Of a DNA stretch of 64,000 bases, positions 9,588 through 16,894 are shown one piece after another. Origin of the DNA: Chloroflexota bacterium (GTDB lineage: Bacteria > Chloroflexota > UBA11872); assembly GCA_965207185.1 (NCBI GenBank), contig OZ242271.1:1856806-1920805 (forward strand), given 5' to 3'. The notes under the pieces are model-generated. The model ran no database searches, was not told the origin of the DNA, and saw only the letters and a list, made by a program, of their open reading frames with translations. The first letter of the stretch is position 1, and each line of letters starts with the position of its first letter. The translations under genes were made by a program, and so were the position numbers.

Positions 9588-11221
9588 GTGCGCGACGGCG
9601 CGTAGTGGATCCGGTGCAGCGGGAGCTGTTTCGGCATGCGGTGGCGGCGCTGGTGGACGAGATGGCGGTGGCGATGGTGCGGACGGCGCGGTCGACCCAC
9701 CTGAAGAACTCGATGGATCTGTCGGCCGCGCTCTGCGATCCGCAGGGGCGGCTGATCGCGCAGGGGCTGACGCTGCCGTTGCACCTGGGCTCCGTGCCTG
9801 ACGCCATGCGGGCGTTCCTGGCGCGGTTCGGCAACGAGATGCGGCCGGGCGACGTGTATGCGCTGAACGACCCGTACGCCGGGGGCACGCATCTGCCGGA
9901 CATCTACACGGCGCAGCCGGTGTTCCGCAAGGGCCGGGTGATCGGGCACGTGGTGACGATCGCGCATCACGCCGACGTTGGCGGCAAGACGGCGGGCGGC
10001 AACGGGTGCGACGCCACGGAGCTGTTCCAGGAAGGCATCTGCCTGCCGCCGGTGCGGCTGATGGCCGGCGGCGAGCCGGTGGAGCACGTGTGGCGGCTGC
10101 TGGAACGGAACGTGCGAGTGCCCACCCAGGTACTGGGCGACCTGCGGGCGCAACTGGCGGCGGGACACGTGGGCGAGCGCGGGTTGCTGGCGCTGGCCGA
10201 GGAGCATGGGCCACGACGCCTGGGCGACCTGGGAGTCGCGGTGCTGGACTACGCGGCGGAGCGGGCGCGGCTGGCAATTCGGGAGATTCCGGACGGGGTC
10301 TACAGCTTCACGGACTATCTGGACGACGACGGGATCGACCCGGAGCCGATTCCCATCCAGGCGACGCTGCGCGTCGAGGGGGACCGGATCGAGGTCGACT
10401 TCACGGGGTCGGGCGGCCAGGTGCGGGGGGCGATCAACTGCCCGATGCCGTTTACCAAGTCGGCGGCGTATGCCTGCGTTCGCTGCGTGATGCCCGCCGA
10501 TATTCCCAACAACGAAGGGCATTTCAGGCCGATCGAGGTGACGGCGCCGGAGGGGACGATCGTGAATCCGCGTCCGCCGGCGCCGGTGGCGGCGCGGGGG
10601 CTGACCGGATTCCGGATTGCCAACGCGGTGCTGGGGGCGTTGGCGCAGGCGGTACCGGACAGGGTGCCGGCGGCGGAGGCGGGGGGCGACACGGGGGTGA
10701 GCCTGGCGGGGTACGACGCGCGGGGCGAGCCGTTCGTGATGCTGGAGTTCCTGTTCGGGTCGTGGGGCGGGCGGCCGTTCGCGGATGGGCCGGACGGGGT
10801 GTCGAGCGTGGTGGTGAACTTCGCGAACAACCCAGCGGAGGTGATCGAAGCCGAGCATCCGATTGCGATTGACCGGTACGAGTTCGTGCCGGACAGCGGA
10901 GGCGACGGGCAGTTCCGCGGGGGGCTGGCCGTCGAGCGGCACTACCGGATGCTGGCCGAGCAGACGACGCTGAACTTGCGCTCGGACCGGCGGACGAGGG
11001 GGCCCTATGGCCTGCAGGGCGGACAGCCGGGGGCGACCTCGAGCAGCGTGCTGGTGCGGGACGGCGAGCGGAGCGAACTGGCGGGGAAGGGGACGACGGC
11101 GCTGCGGCGGGGGGACGTGTTCGAGCACCGGACGGCAGGCGGCGGTGGGTGGGGTCCGCCGGAGCAGCGCGAGGCGGCGGCGCGGGAGCGGGACCGGCGG
11201 GCGGGGAAGGTCAAGAACTGA
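9584..11221 (+). CDS. hyuB: Hydantoinase B/oxoprolinase family protein
   Basis: 545 aa; conserved hydantoinase B segments (DPYAGGTHLPD, GGWGPP); 4-bp overlap with hyuA. Confidence 0.85.
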   Translation: MSARRRVVDPVQRELFRHAVAALVDEMAVAMVRTARSTHLKNSMDLSAALCDPQGRLIAQGLTLPLHLGSVPDAMRAFLARFGNEMRPGDVYALNDPYAGGTHLPDIYTAQPVFRKGRVIGHVVTIAHHADVGGKTAGGNGCDATELFQEGICLPPVRLMAGGEPVEHVWRLLERNVRVPTQVLGDLRAQLAAGHVGERGLLALAEEHGPRRLGDLGVAVLDYAAERARLAIREIPDGVYSFTDYLDDDGIDPEPIPIQATLRVEGDRIEVDFTGSGGQVRGAINCPMPFTKSAAYACVRCVMPADIPNNEGHFRPIEVTAPEGTIVNPRPPAPVAARGLTGFRIANAVLGALAQAVPDRVPAAEAGGDTGVSLAGYDARGEPFVMLEFLFGSWGGRPFADGPDGVSSVVVNFANNPAEVIEAEHPIAIDRYEFVPDSGGDGQFRGGLAVERHYRMLAEQTTLNLRSDRRTRGPYGLQGGQPGATSSSVLVRDGERSELAGKGTTALRRGDVFEHRTAGGGGWGPPEQREAAARERDRRAGKVKN

Positions 11222-11260
11222 GCCGGATCGGCGGCCAAAAGCGAGCGACTTTGCGCGCGT

Positions 11261-11284
11261 AAGAGTTTTTTCCAAAAAACTCTT
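11261..11284. terminator. Perfect AT-rich palindrome AAGAGTTTTTT-CC-AAAAAACTCTT about 40 nt after the hyuB stop; possible weak bidirectional terminator or protein-binding site
   Basis: 24-nt perfect inverted repeat in an otherwise GC-rich intergenic stretch. Confidence 0.3.
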
Positions 11285-11824
11285 GAGGTACCGGGCGGCC
11301 CATCCGGGCCTGAATCGAAGCGCGCCGAGGCCCGTCCGGCGAGGGCTGGTTGCGCTTGCCAGCGCGGCCCGCCGGGGTCCGGACCGGGGCGTGCTGGGAT
11401 GGCCGCGGTGGGGGTTGGGGCGGGTTGGCGGGGTGGGCACGAGGTGGTCTCCGGGAGCAGTTGCGTACACGTCGGCGGATAGTGTACTCTAGCCGCTGAC
11501 GTTAGGCAATCCAGGTCGACTGGCCGACGGTTGGGCAGGGCTGGCGCCGGTTCGCTGGGGACCGGTGGAAATGCCCCGGAACCGTCGGGTCGCGGCGTAG
11601 ACACGCTCGGGAGGGTCGAGGCGCAGTTTGGGCCGCCCTGACCGCTGGTCTTTTGGCGCCCCAGGGCGGCAGGACGCCGAGCGATTGGCCGGTGGGGTCG
11701 AGGAGGAGGAGGCAAGCCCTGGGGCTCGGGTGCAGGGGAAGCGGCGAGCGACATCCGACGAGGTCGGCGCTCCCTGGGATCAAATGAGGGCCCGGAACCG
11801 CCAGGCAGCCATTACGTGAATTTC

Positions 11825-11853
11825 TCTACATGTACCTCTTGCATATATGTAGA
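11825..11853. promoter_or_regulatory. Inverted repeat TCTACAT-N15-ATGTAGA with central CATATATG palindrome, in an AT-rich block upstream of the secreted-protein gene; candidate promoter/operator
   Basis: AT-rich segment 11815-11880 with -10-like hexamers and a 7-bp perfect IR. It marks the left edge of the low-GC island. Confidence 0.3.
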
Positions 11854-11941
11854 ATTTCATATATGATCCTCCCGGTTCATGGCTCGCTGGAGTCAGGATC
11901 AATGGCGATTCTCCTGGCGAGCAGAGCCGATGAGGATTGCC

Positions 11942-12551
11942 ATGCGGCAATCAATGTTCCGATTCCTCGCCGCTGCGTTCGTCGCAGTTCTCAGCGCGTC
12001 CCTATTGATTGGGAACGGCCAGCGCCGAAGGTTCGGTCCCCCATCAGCCCCCTGGCAGCGATAGGGCGCCAATGGACCTCTATGACGCCGGAACCGACGT
12101 GATGGTCGAGGTCACGTACGCCGACCCATCTGTGCCACAACAGACCGGGACCTGGAGCCTCGAACCGGGTGCAAGCATGTCCGGCGTCATAGCGAGTATC
12201 AACGACCTGATGGCCGCCTCTGAGAGCGGCTGCACGACAGCCAAGGTGACGAAGAAAATCGGCGGTATCGGCGGACAGGGGTCGGCCAAGTTCTACTCGC
12301 AGACCTGGTGGTGCTGGGACAGCCGAATCATCACGAACAATCCGAAATTGAGCGCATGGGGCAAGAGCACCTCAACGGTCAAGTTCAAAGGCGTCACCTA
12401 CAAGGCCATCGAGCGTGGCGGCAAGGGCCAGAGCTACGCCGATGACCGGGCCGAGGGCAAGTTCTGCGGCTTCTACTGCGTTACGGCGTGGATTACCAAG
12501 TCGATCGACGCGAACGGCCGCCTGACGTCCTCGAATTCGGGGCTCAACTAG
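11942..12551 (+). pseudogene. Secreted Cys-containing protein split by a 1-nt frameshift in a GGG run at about 12011-12013 (signal-peptide ORF 11942-12064 + mature-domain ORF 12009-12551)
   Basis: ATG 11942 with a GAGGA RBS encodes MRQSMFRFLAAAFVAVLSASLLIG..., a typical Sec signal peptide. It stops after 41 codons. The +1 frame from 12012 reads GTASAEGSVPHQ..., with an AXA signal-peptidase site, and continues 180 aa with 4 Cys. Deleting one G of GGG (12011-12013) fuses them into one secreted preprotein. Confidence 0.5.
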
Positions 12552-12553
12552 TC

Positions 12554-12766
12554 ATGGTGTTGGCCTGGGATCCGCTCATTCCGGTCGCCCTGACGGTGGT
12601 CGCGCTGCTCGTCAGCGCCGTCATCATCAGGCGCGCGCCGGACCGATCGGACGCGTGGAAGGTGAGGGTCCTGGCCAAGTCGCTGGCGCTGGTCGTTGCA
12701 GCGGTGCTGGTCTTGACGATTTTGGACCTGTTGATCCCCGGCAATCCCTTCATCCTGTTGGGGTAG
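12554..12766 (+). CDS. Small two-TM membrane protein (immunity-protein-like), 3 nt after the secreted-protein stop
   Basis: [25 protein letters not shown]...SLALVVAAVLVLTILDLLIP: two hydrophobic helices. Translationally coupled to the upstream gene. Confidence 0.4.
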   Translation: MVLAWDPLIPVALTVVALLVSAVIIRRAPDRSDAWKVRVLAKSLALVVAAVLVLTILDLLIPGNPFILLG

Positions 12767-12948
12767 CGCGCGATGCGGTGAGTTTCGGGCAATAGCCGGG
12801 CGGGGCTGCCACCATCCGGGACTGCGATACACTCTGGCGTCCACTGTTGATCGGACGCGTAACCAGACCAGCCCGTGGTTCGGCGCTCTGCTACATAACT
12901 CCCACCATAGTAATAGGCCCGTATCTTTCGGAGTGCGGGCCTCTATTA

Positions 12949-13104
12949 TTAGAAAACTGAAATGAGATACCCAATACCAGCTATCAGAGCGATGATTCCT
13001 AAACCTACAAGAACTCCACACAAACCGCCGCCGAACCATGACTCGACATACTCATCGGACGGCATGTCGTCAGGTTTTGGCGGCGGCCAATCGTGAAGGC
13101 TCAT
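12949..13104 (-). CDS. Possible 51-aa small membrane protein (C-terminal TM)
   Basis: Minus-strand ATG 13104 gives MSLHDWPPPKPDDMPSDEYVESWFGGGLCGVLVGLGIIALIAGIGYLISVF. A GGCCCG-N14-CGGGCC hairpin follows its stop. The ORF is below the track's size cut-off and has no clear SD. Confidence 0.25.
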   Translation of the reverse strand: MSLHDWPPPKPDDMPSDEYVESWFGGGLCGVLVGLGIIALIAGIGYLISVF

Positions 13105-13182
13105 TTCACACCAGAGGACAGAACCTGAAGTAAGCCTAGCCCGGCCCGGCCCAGGTAACTCAAACGTTGGCCTTCCGAACTT

Positions 13183-13638
13183 TCATGTCGATCGCACTCC
13201 CAGGACTTCAATGAATGCGACTTGCTCCCCGAGGTCATTCTGTAGTTTATAGGGCGATGAGTACGTGTGTTCGCTGTTCGCTGGTACGGTGAATTCGTCA
13301 GAGTAATAGGAGCGATCAAGCGCAAAGCCCTCGGCGTCAAAGAACCGGATTTTTAAATCATAGGCGTCAACCACGATATCCTCGCTTGTAGGATTGCGCA
13401 CTACAAACTTGAATGAAATACGCGCACTATTGCCAAACTGGTCGTTGGGCGGTGATATCAGCTTCCATTCAATGGAGTCCTCAACCAACACAATGTTTTC
13501 ATTGAGCTCGTCGTCGTCCGGCAGCCCGCTGTAGCGAGTGATCGAACTTAAACCCAGCCCCCAGACCGCGAGGGCGACAATCACGGCTGAAGCGATAAAC
13601 ACCCATGTCCCGATGCCCAGCAGGATTTTCTTACGCAT
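13183..13638 (-). CDS. Membrane-anchored protein of unknown function, paralog A1 (N-terminal TM + about 110-aa beta-rich domain)
   Basis: 151 aa from ATG 13638 with AGGAAG SD. Shares with A2 (13981-14442) the pattern E-x-IV-x-VE-x-S-x-EWKLIS...RISFK...RNPTSEDI-x-V-x-A-x-DL-x-I-x-FFD-x-EGFAL...DEFTVPAN-x-E-x-TYS-x-P...LGEQVA-x-IEVLGVRS. ATGA start/stop overlap with the upstream small TM gene. Confidence 0.6.
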   Translation of the reverse strand: MRKKILLGIGTWVFIASAVIVALAVWGLGLSSITRYSGLPDDDELNENIVLVEDSIEWKLISPPNDQFGNSARISFKFVVRNPTSEDIVVDAYDLKIRFFDAEGFALDRSYYSDEFTVPANSEHTYSSPYKLQNDLGEQVAFIEVLGVRST

Positions 13639-13832
13639 CACTTCCTACGATCCGGCATGCCCGCCGCGGCAATGAGCGCCACCACGCTGAAGGCCAGGCC
13701 GCCAATCAACCACCATCCGAAGCGATAGCCCTTGGTTGAGGCGACCGTGGCCGTGTAGAACCCCACGGCCATCCAGCCCGCGACGATCCAGAGCAATATG
13801 AGCGCATTCAGGAACCCGAGGATTTCGAACAT
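13638..13832 (-). CDS. Small two-TM membrane protein (64 aa)
   Basis: ATG 13832 preceded by GAAAGAAAGG. MFEILGFLNALILLWIVAGWMAVGFY...WWLIGGLAFSVVALIAAAG. Stop overlaps the A1 start codon (ATGA). Confidence 0.5.
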   Translation of the reverse strand: MFEILGFLNALILLWIVAGWMAVGFYTATVASTKGYRFGWWLIGGLAFSVVALIAAAGMPDRRK

Positions 13833-13980
13833 TGGCCTTTCTTTCGGGCGTATCGCGGGTCCTAGCCAAAGTCCTCCGGACACCAGACCCGACGAAATGT
13901 GAAGGTTCGCGGCTCCTTGATGGCCTACGAGCTAAGTACGAAGAACACGAAAACAGCAGTGCCGATACCAATTCTCTTTC

Positions 13981-14442
13981 TCATTTCGATCTCACTCCCA
14001 GGACTTCAATATAAGCCACCTGCTCGCCGAGGCCACCTCGCAGACCATGCGGCGCCGAGTAGGTGTATTCGCCGTTGGCTGGCACGGTGAACTCGTCAGC
14101 GTAGTTGTGGCGTGCAAGAGCAAACCCTTCAGAATCGAAGAACCAAATGCGTAGATCAAACGCACGTACCTGGATATCTTCGCTGGTCGGATTGCGTAAT
14201 GTGACTTTGAACGAGATACGTGAGTTATTGCCGTATTCGTCGGATTGCGATATCAACTTCCATTCAACGGAATTCTCAACCACAACAATATGTTCACTAA
14301 TGGTTTCTTCTTCACGTGGCGCGTAAGCTGATGATACGATCGTGCGGATTCCCAGATTATACACCAGCATTCCGACAATAACGCAGACCACGACTAGGAT
14401 GCAGGCACCTACGATGACCAAGGCAATGGTCGATTTGCGCAT
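13981..14442 (-). CDS. Membrane-anchored protein of unknown function, paralog A2
   Basis: 153 aa; ATG 14442 preceded by a perfect AGGAGG SD. About 50% identical to A1 over the extracytoplasmic domain; N-terminal TM anchor. Confidence 0.6.
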   Translation of the reverse strand: MRKSTIALVIVGACILVVVCVIVGMLVYNLGIRTIVSSAYAPREEETISEHIVVVENSVEWKLISQSDEYGNNSRISFKVTLRNPTSEDIQVRAFDLRIWFFDSEGFALARHNYADEFTVPANGEYTYSAPHGLRGGLGEQVAYIEVLGVRSK

Positions 14443-14593
14443 ATCAGCCTCCTATCTTGCGATTTTGCTCAATTCCTTCGACGCGTGGGACGCGTTCTTT
14501 GTGGTCGTAAACGCTGTATCGGCAGATCACGCCGGTAAGTCGCCTACGATCACGGCCCCGACCGACCAAGGAGATTGGTCGGGGAGTCATCAT

Positions 14594-14875
14594 TTAAAGT
14601 CTTTTGCGAGTAGCTCGCAGATACCGAATACCTTCAACGAGCAGCCACAACAAGATAGTCGTCGGAATAGTCATTAGCACCAGATGCACAACCAGTTTTG
14701 TCGTCCAATGTTGTTGATTGGATGTTGTGATCTGAACATCACCATCTGCTGTGGTACGTGTCTCCACTGTCGTTTCTGAACCTACCGATAAGTCACTGAA
14801 ATATGAAAACACGCCATAGGCAATGAATCCGCCAAGGAAAGCTGCAACAATCATCCCTACAACGAGTCGGCTCAT
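14594..14875 (-). CDS. Small two-TM membrane protein (93 aa) upstream of A2
   Basis: ATG 14875: MSRLVVGMIVAAFLGGFIAYGVF...KLVVHLVLMTIPTTILLWLLVEG. The track's TTG start at 14911 adds 12 aa. An imperfect hairpin follows the stop. Confidence 0.45.
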   Translation of the reverse strand: MSRLVVGMIVAAFLGGFIAYGVFSYFSDLSVGSETTVETRTTADGDVQITTSNQQHWTTKLVVHLVLMTIPTTILLWLLVEGIRYLRATRKRL

Positions 14876-15133
14876 CACTTCTTCCTGTAGTTGAAAGACA
14901 TAGACCCACAATAGGAAGAGACTTTTAGTGTAGCAGACGTAATTTGGACCCTGCGGACCTCTATTCTCCAGCGGTGCATCAAGGTGAGGGTGCTGCCATA
15001 ACTGGGTGCTGATTGGCGCCGAAAGTCACTAGCGGTGCAAGCAGCGTGATTAGCGACGCATAAGAAAGCACGCTACAAATGACGGTGTTGACGCGGCCGG
15101 GCTGCGCGCTGCACGCCTTGGAAGATTCGGCCG

Positions 15134-16120
15134 CTAGGCGTCCTCGATGTCCCAGTCGAGGAGGACGCCGAGGGTTTGGTGGGGGTGGTCGTGGAGGAGG
15201 TGGAAGGCCTGGGGGGCGCGGGTGTAGGGGAAGTGGTGGGTGGTCATGCGGTCGGGGTTGATGGCGCCGGACTGGATGAGGGCCAGGGCGCGGCGGGCCG
15301 AGCCGAGATGCCACTGGCCGCCGAAGAAGCCGCCGACGATGCGGCGGCTCTGGATGGTTTCGGAGCTGAGGGGCAGATCCTGCTGCTCGTACTTGCCGAC
15401 GAGGTGCAGGGTTCCGCCTTCGGCGAGCATGTCCATGCCCTGCCTGAAGGCCGTGGGGCCGGCCGGTCCGCCGACGGCGTAGACGACCAGGTCCGCGCCG
15501 ACGCCGTAGCTGATCTTTCGAACCGCGGCCACGGGGTCTTCGTCGGCGGCGTTGACTACGTGGTGGGCGCCGAGTGCGGCGGCAAGTTCGCAACGCAGCG
15601 GGGTGGCGTCGACGGCTATGAGCTTGCCGGCGTCGATGGCGCGCATGACCTGGAGAATGAGGCTGCCGACGAGGCCCTGACCCAGAACGACGATGACGTT
15701 TCCGCGTTCGAACGGGGCGATGTCGGTCCAGCGGACGGCCGAGGCGCTGAGCATCCAGTAGGGCGCCTGGTCCCAGGTGACGTTGGGGGAGAGCGGAAGA
15801 ATCTCGGGCAGCTTGGCCTGGCGCTCGGGGATGGCGGCCGCCACCACGAACTGCGCGTGCGGCGAGACGGCGCAGACGCGGTCGCCGAGGTCCAGGTGAT
15901 CGACACCGTCGCCCAGGGCGTCCACCACGCCGGCCATGGAGTAGCCCATGATCTGGGGATCGACGGCTTCTTCCAGGACGTAGCGCCGACCGATTTCCGA
16001 GCCACGGCTGATGAGGCTGCGCACGGCCTTGACGCGGACTTCGCCGTAGCCCGGTTCGGGAATGGGGGCGTCTTCCAGGACCACGTTGCCCCGGCCGGCG
16101 GGTTTGGCCATGCGTTTCAT
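15134..16120 (-). CDS. Zinc-binding alcohol dehydrogenase family protein (MDR superfamily)
   Basis: GxGxxG-like VLGQGLVGSLILQ nucleotide-binding segment; MDR N-terminal catalytic domain; high GC like the core genome. Confidence 0.8.
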   Translation of the reverse strand: MKRMAKPAGRGNVVLEDAPIPEPGYGEVRVKAVRSLISRGSEIGRRYVLEEAVDPQIMGYSMAGVVDALGDGVDHLDLGDRVCAVSPHAQFVVAAAIPERQAKLPEILPLSPNVTWDQAPYWMLSASAVRWTDIAPFERGNVIVVLGQGLVGSLILQVMRAIDAGKLIAVDATPLRCELAAALGAHHVVNAADEDPVAAVRKISYGVGADLVVYAVGGPAGPTAFRQGMDMLAEGGTLHLVGKYEQQDLPLSSETIQSRRIVGGFFGGQWHLGSARRALALIQSGAINPDRMTTHHFPYTRAPQAFHLLHDHPHQTLGVLLDWDIEDA

Positions 16121-16288
16121 GCGTGGGCTCCTTGCGGCGCGGCTAGACGCCAGTGCGACGGTTCAATCATGCCAGCGGGCGCTCAGAAGACTCGAGGGGT
16201 GATCCATTGGCCTAGACTGATCGTCCTGAAGAGCCCGGGTACGGGCTCCACGCTCACCGCACGCTGGCAGAAGTGCCGGACACCTCAA

Positions 16289-16894
16289 ATGCCGATAGAA
16301 CGAAACGTAGTGGATGCCTCGCGCTTCAATGCCGACATTCACTTGCCTTTTGAGCTTCGACTCCAGGATTTTGAGATTGCGCTCCAGGACATTTACGACT
16401 TCTTTTTCGACGTCAATTCGCACCTCACGAAACGAGGCTTTCAGCGGCTCGACGACATGTTGCGTCCGGCCATCATGTCAGGCGTCTTGTCCGACATGTT
16501 GACGTCAAGTCTTGCCAAGCATTCGCGGGTTCTCACCGAGAACAGGTATCACAACGGGCACCCCGACCTACTGGTGCAAGGGGTATACCCCAACAACTCG
16601 ATCAAGTCCGGAAGCGAGGGCGTGGAGGTCAAGTCCACTCGCAAGCCTGGTGGAGCGGTCGACATGCACGGTGCCCGTGAGCAGTGGATGTGCGTGTTTG
16701 TGTATCGAGTGGATACCGAGACGGAACCCGCTCGCGATCGATCGCCGATGACATTCACCGAAATCTATCTAGGCCATGTGACGCTTGAGGACTTTCGGCG
16801 AAACACTCGAGGGGCGCTAGGAACACCGACCTCAACGCTTCACAGGGACGGAATCCAGAGGTTTCGAAGAAGCCGGGTTTACCGGCTCGACTGA
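16289..16894 (+). CDS. Candidate Type II restriction endonuclease (PD-(D/E)xK fold)
   Basis: 201-aa ORF of markedly lower GC. The motif GHPDLLVQG...SEGVEVKS fits the PD-(D/E)xK catalytic signature (PD ... E-V-K). It converges on, and overlaps by 16 bp, the 3' end of a DNA methyltransferase gene. The track shows only the tail of the chimeric 572-aa ORF 15176-16894. Confidence 0.55.
   Translation: MPIERNVVDASRFNADIHLPFELRLQDFEIALQDIYDFFFDVNSHLTKRGFQRLDDMLRPAIMSGVLSDMLTSSLAKHSRVLTENRYHNGHPDLLVQGVYPNNSIKSGSEGVEVKSTRKPGGAVDMHGAREQWMCVFVYRVDTETEPARDRSPMTFTEIYLGHVTLEDFRRNTRGALGTPTSTLHRDGIQRFRRSRVYRLD

Noticed and set aside
7488-10277. 929-aa minus-strand ORF and the 655-aa ORF 9503-11470
   Set aside because: Antisense to hyuA/hyuB. 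Pro/Arg/Ala-rich low-complexity translation typical of the GC-rich opposite strand, with no domain signal.
11005-11754. 249-aa and 93-aa minus-strand ORFs in the hyuB-to-island spacer
   Set aside because: Pro/Arg-rich with no start context. The region looks non-coding, GC-rich and then AT-rich. I searched it for tRNA/tmRNA-like sequences and found none.
14911-15134. tRNA or integrase/att site at the right edge of the low-GC island
   Set aside because: No cloverleaf or GGTTCGAATCC-like T-loop. Flanking direct repeats are at best 9-10 nt (ACGTGAATTT versus ACGTAATTT), too weak to claim.
15176-16288. N-terminal about 370 codons of the 572-aa plus-strand ORF
   Set aside because: Antisense to the alcohol dehydrogenase and Gly/Ala/Asp-rich. 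Only the low-GC 3' part from ATG 16289 looks like a real gene, the endonuclease.
16163-16423. 86-aa minus ORF overlapping the endonuclease start
   Set aside because: Antisense to the better-supported endonuclease ORF; no SD.
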